DNA from: a virus
IMG/VR virus record: IMGVR_UViG_3300010149_000016
Coordinates: 2,898-66,897 of that record
Reading direction: 5' to 3' (one strand)
DNA length: 64,000 nucleotides
Part shown: in pieces, positions 1 through 8,932 of the stretch
Numbering within the stretch: position 1 is the first letter of the stretch
How the letters are laid out: each line of letters begins with the position of its first letter
Position numbers and translations under genes: made by a program
The notes under the pieces: model-generated
Databases searched by the model: none
Told to the model about the DNA's origin: nothing
The model's input: the letters and a program-made list of their open reading frames with translations, nothing else

Positions 1-87
1 CAACTAGTACCGTCTACATTACAAATAACACCTTAATATCAAAATTAAAGAAAATATAATATACTAGTATATGTTATGAGACATATA

Positions 88-95
88 GATAAATA
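88..95 (+). promoter_or_regulatory. T4-type late promoter (GATAAATA)
   Basis: Matches the TATAAATA-like motif recurring upstream of structural genes throughout the window; upstream of SD AAGGAG and ATG 153. Confidence 0.7.
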
Positions 96-152
96 GTTAA
101 GCAAGCAATATGCTTGTGATTAACGTTAATTACAAGGCAAGGAGTCACTACA

Positions 153-338
153 ATGGCATTACCAGCAACCGGTTCAACAATAAGCATGGGTCAAGTACGT
201 AACTACTTTGGATTAAGTGGAACAGTTTCCCTAAGTCAATTAGGAAATTATATTTCACCATCAGTGACGACAAATATTAGTCTATCGGCTACATTTGGCG
301 GATGGCAAAACCCTAATCCAACTGGTTCACACCCATAA
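153..338 (+). CDS. Small Ser/Thr/Gly-rich protein (61 aa), probable virion/fibre component
   Basis: Late promoter, strong SD, own terminator; internal pseudo-repeat ISMG/VSLS/ISLS. Confidence 0.75.
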   Translation: MALPATGSTISMGQVRNYFGLSGTVSLSQLGNYISPSVTTNISLSATFGGWQNPNPTGSHP

Positions 339-351
339 TAAATAATATTAT

Positions 352-388
352 AAGTAGTGTTGTTATTACTTGACAACACTACTTTTTT
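352..388 (+). terminator. Rho-independent terminator overlapping a sigma70 -35
   Basis: AAGTAGTGTTGT...ACAACACTACTT stem followed by T-tract. Confidence 0.7.
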
Positions 389-398
389 ACAGTAAAAT
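370..398 (+). promoter_or_regulatory. sigma70-type promoter
   Basis: TTGACA-17 bp-TAAAAT. Confidence 0.65.
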
Positions 399-449
399 AT
401 AAAGAATTATATTTAAAGTATGAATGTAAACTCAACACAGGAGAAAACA

Positions 450-869
450 ATGAGTATTAGAACGCGATTTGAAATCGAAACGTTTGTGCTTGGAGCACAC
501 CCAACACCAGCAAGAAAAGCACAAGTATTGATGACTGAGCTATTACAAGCAAGAGAATCATCACATCCAGATTTACCAGTATTAGAAGCAATACATGCAG
601 ATTTTAGTAAAGAACATGACATTGAAGCATTGTTAGCAAATATTGAAGAAACAGAAGAAGAATATTGGGTAAACCGTTTAGCGAAGCTAGCGGCAATTGA
701 TATTTTAACTATTGGTAAGGTACAACCAGAACACATGAATTACATGGTAGCTTTAGATGATGAAGCTTTTGGTGCATGTGTTAAATCAGCAACAGCGATT
801 GCTAAATCATTAAACAATGAAGTAATGCAAGTAGAAGCAGAACTTCAAACAGAATTAGCTTCTGACTAA
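450..869 (+). CDS. Helical hypothetical protein, possibly fibre-assembly chaperone-like
   Basis: SD AGGAG before ATG 450; EEYWVNRLAKLAAIDIL motif; function inferred from context only. Confidence 0.65.
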   Translation: MSIRTRFEIETFVLGAHPTPARKAQVLMTELLQARESSHPDLPVLEAIHADFSKEHDIEALLANIEETEEEYWVNRLAKLAAIDILTIGKVQPEHMNYMVALDDEAFGACVKSATAIAKSLNNEVMQVEAELQTELASD

Positions 870-875
870 TAATTA

Positions 876-1526
876 ATGGTTAGTGTACCAAATTATTTTC
901 ACAAAACTGACAATTCCGCAAATGTAGCAATATGTGTTCCTGTGCGTGATAATGTTACAGCGGTATTTGCGTACAGTCTTGCTATGCTTCAAAAAAAGTG
1001 TGGCGAGACTGGACTAAAAACTTCATTACATTTTAATGTAGGTAGTGAAGTAGCAATGCAAAGACAGCAATTAGTAACTGAAGCACTAGAAACAGATTGT
1101 ACGCATATAATGTGGATTGATGCAGACATGCAGTTTCCAATAGATACGCTAAATATACTATTAGCAGCCGATAAAGATATTATCGCTGGAAACTACTCAA
1201 CAAGAGTACCGCCACATAGACCTGTTGCATTTAAAAGTAAACTTAACATGGATGACAGAGTATTATCTGGAAGCGGTATAGAAAAAGTTTGGGCAGTAGG
1301 AAGTGGAATGATGTTAGTTAAACGAGAAATATACGAGAATATTTCTCTACCTCATTATAAGATTGAGTATAACGAAAACTATACTAGTCTAGTAGGAGAA
1401 GATATATACTTTTGTAACCTTGTAAACGAAAATGGTTATGAAGTACATATTAGTCACGAGTTAAGTGACAGAATTGCACATATAGGAACACGTGCATTTA
1501 CAGTTAAAGGCGATTGCAATGATTAA
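876..1526 (+). CDS. GT-A fold (GT2-like) glycosyltransferase
   Basis: ICVP start, WIDADM DxD motif, GSGMML and GEDIYFC motifs. Confidence 0.8.
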   Translation: MVSVPNYFHKTDNSANVAICVPVRDNVTAVFAYSLAMLQKKCGETGLKTSLHFNVGSEVAMQRQQLVTEALETDCTHIMWIDADMQFPIDTLNILLAADKDIIAGNYSTRVPPHRPVAFKSKLNMDDRVLSGSGIEKVWAVGSGMMLVKREIYENISLPHYKIEYNENYTSLVGEDIYFCNLVNENGYEVHISHELSDRIAHIGTRAFTVKGDCND

Positions 1527-2616
1527 TTTAATTAATAACAAAAATAAAGAGTTCCAAGGTCAAAGTGTTGTAACTCCTTGGGACAGACTAAAAAGATTTA
1601 TGTTTGAATCTTATCCAGTAATTAAAACAGAAGTAAAAATTACTGACGAAGACACTTTACTTAAAACAGCATATGAGTATAAAGACAAAGCTGATATGGT
1701 TTGGGTAGTTTTTGATGAAACTGAAATTAATTCTAAATTCCCTTGGCATTATAGACCTTCGGATCCTTTAGCTAAATCTGTAATACATACTTTTCCTAGA
1801 GTAATTAAAAGAACAAATAGACCTGTAAGTTGGGGAGATATTCATCTAGTTCCTACTAATGGAGTAGCTCACACTACAGTACAAAATAAAATTGTTTCAA
1901 GTTATCATGTAGCAGAATTTGATATCTTTATGATTAGTTTTCATGAAGCTGAAGCAGACGAGAATTTTCAAAAATTAAGAAATAGATTTAAAGATGCACA
2001 ACACGTTAAAAATGTTGAAGGTATTGGAAATGCACATAGAAAATGTGCAGAGCTATCAAAATCAGAAATGGTATACATTGTTGATGCAGATGCAGATGTT
2101 ATGTCTCATTTTAGTTTTGACTTTATACCTCCAATGAGTAAACGTAAAAATACAACATATGTATGGAGTGCTAAAAATCCTATTAATGACTTAGAATATG
2201 GTTATGGCGGAGTAAAACTATTTCCTAGAGAACAACTACTTGAACTAGGACATGTATTACCTGATTTTACAACAGGTGTTAGTTTTTATCAACCAATTAG
2301 TGATGTATCAAACATTACAAGATTTAATAAAGACCCATATAGAACGTGGCGTAGTGCATTCCGTGAATGTGTTAAATTATCAAGTGGAATACAACAATCA
2401 GAAAGTCCAAGAAAAGATACAGTAGATAGACTTGAAGCATGGTGTACACTAGACAATGGTGCTCGTTTTGGACGCTACTGTATTAAAGGTGCATTAGAAG
2501 GAAAAGCATATGGTGAAGAACATGCAAATGATGTGGATGCACTTAATAAAATTAATGATTACGAATGGCTACGTGAAGCATTTGTTGCTAGTATGAAGAA
2601 GAAAGTGACGGAATGA
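1519..2616 (+). CDS. Glycosyltransferase-like protein (GT-A, apparently two-domain)
   Basis: IVDADA DxD motif, YGYGGVKLF, WRSAFRE; start moved to ATG 1519. Confidence 0.65.
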   Translation: MINLINNKNKEFQGQSVVTPWDRLKRFMFESYPVIKTEVKITDEDTLLKTAYEYKDKADMVWVVFDETEINSKFPWHYRPSDPLAKSVIHTFPRVIKRTNRPVSWGDIHLVPTNGVAHTTVQNKIVSSYHVAEFDIFMISFHEAEADENFQKLRNRFKDAQHVKNVEGIGNAHRKCAELSKSEMVYIVDADADVMSHFSFDFIPPMSKRKNTTYVWSAKNPINDLEYGYGGVKLFPREQLLELGHVLPDFTTGVSFYQPISDVSNITRFNKDPYRTWRSAFRECVKLSSGIQQSESPRKDTVDRLEAWCTLDNGARFGRYCIKGALEGKAYGEEHANDVDALNKINDYEWLREAFVASMKKKVTE

Positions 2617-2619
2617 TAA

Positions 2620-2904
2620 ATGTTAAAATGGTTCAAGGAATCAGTATATCATCTTAAAGTAGAAACAGGATGGGGTTACTGGTATCATTTATGGCATAGC
2701 TTAAAAAATAGCTGGGCTCTTATTGTAATTGCAACTAAAAGCACAGTACATGGTTTGTTACCGTTTATATGGAAAGCAGATGCTCCTAAAGGAGTAATTA
2801 AAATGTATCACCAAATTATGCGTATTCAGCATATTAAAGATATGGACGAATTAAGGAAGAAACCAAAAAATGAAAGATATAAACCTACTACCCCTTCTAA
2901 ATAG
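2620..2904 (+). CDS. Small His-rich helical protein (DUF6356-like)
   Basis: HL...Y..H...HGLLPF pattern; similar to 46904..47101. Confidence 0.5.
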   Translation: MLKWFKESVYHLKVETGWGYWYHLWHSLKNSWALIVIATKSTVHGLLPFIWKADAPKGVIKMYHQIMRIQHIKDMDELRKKPKNERYKPTTPSK

Positions 2905-3448
2905 TTATGGAGATATATTTGAATTAGATTATAAATTTGATTCAGAAAAAACTATCAACGAATTAAAACAATTAGAATGGGAAAAAGGACCTAATGGAAA
3001 ACTTGGAGTAAATCTAACAGGACCATTGGGTAACTTAGACTTAGACCATAAAGGCAAACACGCTGAATATCAAGGCTTTAACACTAATACTGAAAAATGT
3101 CCAAGTATTATGGATTTTTTTAGTAAATGGGAAAACTTAGCAAGATGTAGAGCAGCACATATGAACGCAGGTACATTTTTTAGTATGCATAGAGATGCGT
3201 TTAGATTAAACCCACAAATTAGAATTTTTATTCCATTAAATAAAACAGATGTAAGCCAATGGAATTTTATATATGAAGATAAACGTGTAGGTTTCAAACC
3301 AGGAGTTCCATATATATTAAATACAAGAAAACAACATGGTAGTTTTGCCATGGCAGATGATATCTATCATATATTAATGAGTGTATTTTTAACTGAAAAT
3401 AATTTAAAAACAATTATTAGTATGTTACCAAATTGTAAGGAACATTAA
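2870..3448 (+). CDS. 2OG-Fe(II) oxygenase (AspH-like)
   Basis: HRD...RIFIPL...NTRKQH facial-triad motif. Confidence 0.75.
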   Translation: MKDINLLPLLNSYGDIFELDYKFDSEKTINELKQLEWEKGPNGKLGVNLTGPLGNLDLDHKGKHAEYQGFNTNTEKCPSIMDFFSKWENLARCRAAHMNAGTFFSMHRDAFRLNPQIRIFIPLNKTDVSQWNFIYEDKRVGFKPGVPYILNTRKQHGSFAMADDIYHILMSVFLTENNLKTIISMLPNCKEH

Positions 3449-4399
3449 ATGAAAGAAAAAACAGATAAAAATTATTATAGTGGAGAGAAGATTGATGATC
3501 TTGTTGATGCAGTAAAAAAAGCTGATCATAAACATCAAGAAGGTGCAACACATAAAGATGAAGCATATCAAGATGTAATGTATAGTAACGAACAAATGGA
3601 ACAGCATAAGTCAATGGATAATATTTTTAAAGTTGATGGAGTTCCAAGTAGATGGGAACATAATAAATTACGTTCTAATTGGCATTTTGATCCGTTTGCA
3701 GATCCACAAGAAAAAACATTTCAAGTTCCTTGTAGATTTGTAGGAGACTTTGGACCAGCGGTAAAATATGCAGTAGATCATTCAAGAGAAATGACTATAG
3801 GAAATTATAGAAATCGTAATTTAAGTAAACAAGATAAAGATTTACATGATGGAGAAATACAAGATATTATTACTGCTACTGGCAAAGATGATTTAAGTAG
3901 TATGTATCATGATGTCATTGTTAGAAGTAGATTTGATAAAGAAGGTAATTACCAAACACAAAGAAACGATGCAGAAGAATATAAAATATTGTTTAGATGT
4001 ATTGATGCACTTGGAGTAGAAGTACATCAGTCTAGAATGCATATTCAAAAGTTAGGACAAGTTACTCCTATACATGTTGATCAACAAATGAGATATGCAA
4101 GACCAGGCTGGCGTAAAGTATGGACAGATGCAGGCGCTGATAAAAATCCTTTAATGTTAAGAAGATTTTTAGTTATGTTACAAGATTGGGAGCATGGGCA
4201 TGTTTGGCAATTTGGAAATACATATTACCAAGGATACAAAGCAGGCGAAGCAGTAACATATGATTGGTGTAATATGCCGCATGGAACAGCTAACTTTGGA
4301 TTTACTCCAAGAGTAACATTTCAATTTACCGGGTTTATTAATGATAAAGTACAAGAAATGATAGATAATCCAGATCCTAATAGAGTGATTGAAGTATGA
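3449..4399 (+). CDS. 2OG-Fe(II) oxygenase-like
   Basis: PIHVD...PHGTAN...R.TFQ motif. Confidence 0.7.
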   Translation: MKEKTDKNYYSGEKIDDLVDAVKKADHKHQEGATHKDEAYQDVMYSNEQMEQHKSMDNIFKVDGVPSRWEHNKLRSNWHFDPFADPQEKTFQVPCRFVGDFGPAVKYAVDHSREMTIGNYRNRNLSKQDKDLHDGEIQDIITATGKDDLSSMYHDVIVRSRFDKEGNYQTQRNDAEEYKILFRCIDALGVEVHQSRMHIQKLGQVTPIHVDQQMRYARPGWRKVWTDAGADKNPLMLRRFLVMLQDWEHGHVWQFGNTYYQGYKAGEAVTYDWCNMPHGTANFGFTPRVTFQFTGFINDKVQEMIDNPDPNRVIEV

Positions 4400-5205
4400 T
4401 AAAAGATGATTTTCCTGAAGTAGACCCAAAGTTTTTTTATACACACAAAGAAAGAACAGTAAAAGAACCTAGGGAACCAAATACAACAGTGAAGTATTAC
4501 GGACGACATGATGTTGGAAACAAGTGTAAATTAGGAGAAAATGGTTTAGATCATTTTACGTTTAATGTAGTACAACAACAAGATTGGAATAGTCCAGAAC
4601 TTGATTTTGATTACAAATGGAACAAATATGGTTTCAGAGGTCCAGACGATTTAACAGACATTGATATAATATTTGCAGGTGGTAGTTTGCTTTTAGGAAC
4701 GGGTGTTCCATACGAAAGTTCGTTACCTTATATACTTTCTGAAAAACTTAAATTAAATCATTTTAACATAAGCGATTTTGATACATTAACCGATATGGCA
4801 GATAGTTTGTTTAAGTTTAATCAATTAAATCCAAAATATGTTATACTTACTGACTTGTGGGGCATAAACGATACAAACTGGCTTATGAGGTTTTGGCTAA
4901 GAAAAGAAAAAGATGAAAAAGTACGAACAATGGTTAGAGATACTTTTAAACAAAGTAATGGCAAAATATTTAAAATGTTTGAACTTGCATTAAAGCAAAC
5001 ATTTCCAAACGCACAATATTATATTATTGAGCCAAACGAAAGAAGAAAACATTGGTTTTATAATTATCAACCAATACATATTAAATCAATACAATACAGT
5101 AAAGAAGAAATGTTAGATCTAGGAAGAGATCAAACTCACCCAGGACCTAAAACACACGAATATCTAGCAAATAAAGTAATAACAGAGATCAATAAATATA
5201 GCTAA
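4396..5205 (+). CDS. SGNH/GDSL hydrolase-like protein
   Basis: NKYGFR, FAGGSL (block I), DQTHPG (DxxH). Confidence 0.55.
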   Translation: MIKDDFPEVDPKFFYTHKERTVKEPREPNTTVKYYGRHDVGNKCKLGENGLDHFTFNVVQQQDWNSPELDFDYKWNKYGFRGPDDLTDIDIIFAGGSLLLGTGVPYESSLPYILSEKLKLNHFNISDFDTLTDMADSLFKFNQLNPKYVILTDLWGINDTNWLMRFWLRKEKDEKVRTMVRDTFKQSNGKIFKMFELALKQTFPNAQYYIIEPNERRKHWFYNYQPIHIKSIQYSKEEMLDLGRDQTHPGPKTHEYLANKVITEINKYS

Positions 5206-5215
5206 GGAATATATT

Positions 5216-5932
5216 ATGGAATATCAAGGCGAAGATTTAATTATAGTTACAGGAGCTCCAGGTTCTAGGTGGAGTGGAGTAATTCGTATGCTTACTCTTA
5301 TGTATAAAGAAATTAATATGAGTGATAATACAAATGATTATGTTTACAGAAAAAAAGTAGATGGCCAAACAGTTGGCTGGCACAGAGGTGCATATTGGGG
5401 ACCAAATAATTCAGCAGGTCACAAGTTTGATGTATTAAATACATTAACTAAAGAAGAAATAATAAAAGAATTTAAAGCACCTTTTTCTGATTGGCATACA
5501 GGAACAAAGATTATTAAAAGCCATTGGTTTGCATATCACTTACCACAACTAAGACAAATGTTTCCTAAAGCTACAATGTGGGCATTTTATGATACTAACG
5601 AAGAATGCTATAATTGGTGGCATCATGTAGGCGGATGGGATATATATTATCCTGACTATAGTTGGTACGAATATGATTCAAAAATGAAAGAACAAATTGC
5701 AATTGAAAATCATAATATTGAAACTACGTTTGAATTAAAAAGATATGAAAAATGGAAAGATGCTGTTAGTGCATTAGGATTTTCACACGATATAAGAACT
5801 ATACACGAAATAATGGAAGTTGATCCAGAGTTTGGTGAGTTACATCAATATGATACAGAAGAAGTATTCCATCAATTATTAAATAGAATGTTTGCTAGGA
5901 AAAAAATGGGTATTATTAAGCCAGCTTACTAG
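5216..5932 (+). CDS. Sulfotransferase-like P-loop protein
   Basis: IVTGAPGSRWS N-terminal loop and IIKSH motif; late promoter AATAAATA at 5191. Confidence 0.5.
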   Translation: MEYQGEDLIIVTGAPGSRWSGVIRMLTLMYKEINMSDNTNDYVYRKKVDGQTVGWHRGAYWGPNNSAGHKFDVLNTLTKEEIIKEFKAPFSDWHTGTKIIKSHWFAYHLPQLRQMFPKATMWAFYDTNEECYNWWHHVGGWDIYYPDYSWYEYDSKMKEQIAIENHNIETTFELKRYEKWKDAVSALGFSHDIRTIHEIMEVDPEFGELHQYDTEEVFHQLLNRMFARKKMGIIKPAY

Positions 5933-6350
5933 TATGTTGTTCGTATACAGTTTTAATCTTTTTTACAAATTGTTTTGAGTTACACTGAATCTTTGCACCA
6001 GGATGCAATGGACGCGGCCAGTTTCCTATTTTAATCCAACAATATCCATCACTTTCGTTATTCAATATAGGAATAAATTCTTCTTCAACAGTTACTACAA
6101 AACTATGATATATAAATTTTTTATTAGGACTAGTAAATTTATTAACTGGAATAACTTTTTTAATATCAGGAACTAATCCAAGTTCTTCTTCTATTTCACG
6201 CATTAGTGCTTCAGTAGGTCTTTCATCTTTTTCAGCCTTGCCTCCAAAGAACCCCCATGTTCGTGGGTGATTAACTTCTCCACTTCTTTGTTGAAGCATT
6301 ATTCTACCTGTGTCTGTGCTTAAAAAAAGGCACCCGCTTGCTACTATCAT
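5916..6350 (-). CDS. Nudix hydrolase
   Basis: GGKAEKDERPTEALMREIEEELG Nudix box; start set at ATG 6350. Confidence 0.9.
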   Translation of the reverse strand: MIVASGCLFLSTDTGRIMLQQRSGEVNHPRTWGFFGGKAEKDERPTEALMREIEEELGLVPDIKKVIPVNKFTSPNKKFIYHSFVVTVEEEFIPILNNESDGYCWIKIGNWPRPLHPGAKIQCNSKQFVKKIKTVYEQHTSKLA

Positions 6351-6430
6351 TTTAGTTTTGTTATCCAATGTGTGACATCATCGCATGGATCGTCACAGTG
6401 TTTAGAGATAGATTCTCCAGAAACCTGCAT
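6347..6430 (-). CDS. Unannotated 27-aa peptide MQVSGESISKHCDDPCDDVTHWITKLK
   Basis: SD AAGGAG 6 nt before ATG; TGA overlaps Nudix ATG (ATGA). Confidence 0.55.
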   Translation of the reverse strand: MQVSGESISKHCDDPCDDVTHWITKLK

Positions 6431-7760
6431 TATATACTCCTTCATAACTGTTAACCCATTCGCTGCCGCTCCATTCTAATTGATCGTTGCTAGCAGTATT
6501 CGTTACATATTGAGTGGAAGAAGTTGTTGAACTATCAAAACTTACATTCCATACAGATCCGTTATATTCTACAATATCATATTTTTTAGCAGTACTATTT
6601 GTCCATACTGCATTCAACGGTACATCGTTAATTAATATATACCTTTGACCTAATACAGGGCCGGGTACTGTACCATCTCCAGGATAATTAATAGCTGGAT
6701 CTAATATAGCATCTACGGCTTGCAATGTATTAGTAGGCAATGTTGAAGTATCTATATCAACTAATAATTTATTTGGATCATTTGGGTGTATATCTAATCT
6801 GCCAATAATATCATCTGTAATATCAGTAACATCATTGCCCTTACGAAGTCTTAACTGACTTATACCAGGACGTAGTTCTCCAAAAGGTTTAAGTTCTTCT
6901 GGCCACTCTAGTAATAATCCATCATCATTAAGTTTTTGCCCGTTTGCGTTTAGTATTTGTAGATTACCATCTTCATATTTTACTTTTCTATTTTCGTACG
7001 TTACAATTGTATATTGTAATGTTTGTGTATCAAATGCTTGTTGTTCTTTAAATAAGTCTAAGTTAGCATCATCTAAATTATATAATTCATTAATAATAGT
7101 ATGAATTAATTTTTGTTGTTTTACTTTTGCTGGAGGATTAATATAAATTGGTATATTAAAAGTTAAAGTAGCAACATCAATAATATCGTCTATACTTGAT
7201 CCTACACTTCTAGTACTCCATGTTGTATTAGTTAGTTCCACATGACTTAACGCAGTCCAATCAATTGGACTATTGTTAGTTCTAATATCTAATGTAGGAT
7301 TAAATAATACTAATATTTGTTCCATTAACTGTAATTTTTGATCAGTGTTTGATGTCCATATATCACAATTCATTTGTAACATGTAAGGAACTGGTGCATG
7401 TCTTTCTACTGTATATCCAGGTCCTCTTTCATTAGTATATTCGCCAGTAGCATCGTCATATTTCTTTTCAAATACTTGTACTTTATCAACGTGATCTTGA
7501 TATGTACGTCTTTCAGCAAACATATCTAATGATGTTACATAACAACTAATAAATGGAACAGTATTAATAATATTCTCACTATTTTCTCTTGTTATGTGTG
7601 CTGCCATACGATTAATGTCACCATAACGTACAGGCACTTGTTGAAACACAGATAAGTCTTGATCGTTCTTACCCATTTCAACACTGAATCCACTAAACAG
7701 TCTAATAAACTGTTGAATATATCTTCTAATTTGTTTATCGTAAAAGTATTGTTGTGCCAT
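6402..7760 (-). CDS. gp15: Tail terminator / sheath stabiliser (T4 gp15-like)
   Basis: YFYDKQIRRY, VPVRYG, VPY, QLMEQILVLFNP motifs. Confidence 0.8.
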   Translation of the reverse strand: MAQQYFYDKQIRRYIQQFIRLFSGFSVEMGKNDQDLSVFQQVPVRYGDINRMAAHITRENSENIINTVPFISCYVTSLDMFAERRTYQDHVDKVQVFEKKYDDATGEYTNERGPGYTVERHAPVPYMLQMNCDIWTSNTDQKLQLMEQILVLFNPTLDIRTNNSPIDWTALSHVELTNTTWSTRSVGSSIDDIIDVATLTFNIPIYINPPAKVKQQKLIHTIINELYNLDDANLDLFKEQQAFDTQTLQYTIVTYENRKVKYEDGNLQILNANGQKLNDDGLLLEWPEELKPFGELRPGISQLRLRKGNDVTDITDDIIGRLDIHPNDPNKLLVDIDTSTLPTNTLQAVDAILDPAINYPGDGTVPGPVLGQRYILINDVPLNAVWTNSTAKKYDIVEYNGSVWNVSFDSSTTSSTQYVTNTASNDQLEWSGSEWVNSYEGVYNAGFWRIYL

Positions 7761-8827
7761 TATTCAAAATCACTCTTTGGTTTAATAACTTGACTAAGTG
7801 CCTGTCTTTCTGGCATTTCTTTATTGTCAATAATTGTTGTAGCATTGTTATTAATAAAGCTACTTGCATTATAAGTTCTATCGCTCCAAGTTTGGTCAGT
7901 AACATTATCATATAATCTATGCCATTTACTACCTCTTCTAACGAATAATCTATTAGGTGTAAAATCTGTTCTTATAAAATATTCACCTTCATTTGGACTA
8001 ACTGGAAATTGATCTCCTTGTGCTAATACTTCACCGTGTTCATATTCTTTTTTAGTATCTTCCACTCCAAATAAATGTTCAGCTAATGGAAGTCCTATTG
8101 GATCAGCAGCTTCAGCACTTTTTACAATAGCATTACTAATATTAAGTTCTGTTTTATATGCACTAATATCATTTTTAAGACTATCTGGGTCGTTAGCAGT
8201 ACCAAGTATATCTGCGTATTCTTGTGTATCTGTTAGTGGTGCTACTTTAACACGCCAAATGTGTGGATACCAAGTCTGTGAAAAACCTTCACTTCCTCTA
8301 GCGGCATCTTGTACAACATAAAATTTGTTAATAGCATCTCTGTCATTAGTAAGCAATAATTCATCACGTAAATGAGGTAATTCAATTACATCACCGGGCA
8401 TAAGTCTACGTCCCATACGTTCTACCATATCATTAATATGGAAACTAATGAATAATGTATCATTTGTTAAAAATAATCCAAATTGTGTTAAGTCGAAGTC
8501 ATTGTCACTAACATTATATACACCACGTAGTTCAAATACATCAGGATCGTATTTACGATCTCTATTTTCCATAAACAGTAAATCTTGTATATTAGTTTCG
8601 TCAATTAATCCTTCCGGGTTAATTTCTTCACCTGTTGTGTTATCAATTTCTCTCCCACTGCCATAGTTAGGTTCGCTAGGATCAACACTATCTTTTTTAG
8701 GGTCAGGTCCTAGGTATTTGTGTACATGTATTCCGGTTCCTCCTATATCAAATTGTTCACGAATAGCTCTATCCATAAACGTATAGTCGTTACCTTTAAA
8801 TGGTTTATATAAACTTAATCTTGGCAT
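7760..8827 (-). CDS. gp14: Neck/head-closure protein (T4 gp14-like)
   Basis: LTQFGL, PGDVIELPHL; adjacent to gp15. Confidence 0.65.
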   Translation of the reverse strand: MPRLSLYKPFKGNDYTFMDRAIREQFDIGGTGIHVHKYLGPDPKKDSVDPSEPNYGSGREIDNTTGEEINPEGLIDETNIQDLLFMENRDRKYDPDVFELRGVYNVSDNDFDLTQFGLFLTNDTLFISFHINDMVERMGRRLMPGDVIELPHLRDELLLTNDRDAINKFYVVQDAARGSEGFSQTWYPHIWRVKVAPLTDTQEYADILGTANDPDSLKNDISAYKTELNISNAIVKSAEAADPIGLPLAEHLFGVEDTKKEYEHGEVLAQGDQFPVSPNEGEYFIRTDFTPNRLFVRRGSKWHRLYDNVTDQTWSDRTYNASSFINNNATTIIDNKEMPERQALSQVIKPKSDFE

Positions 8828-8848
8828 GCAGGTTTCCTTGTTATATTG

Positions 8849-8888
8849 TATTTATGCAAAATCAGACTTCCGGTTGCTAAGATAAATA
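8849..8888. promoter_or_regulatory. Divergent pair of late promoters
   Basis: CATAAATA on - (8856-8849) and GATAAATA on + (8881-8888). Confidence 0.65.
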
Positions 8889-8932
8889 GATATGTATGTA
8901 GTTAATTCTACATTTTATATAAGGAAAAGAAA

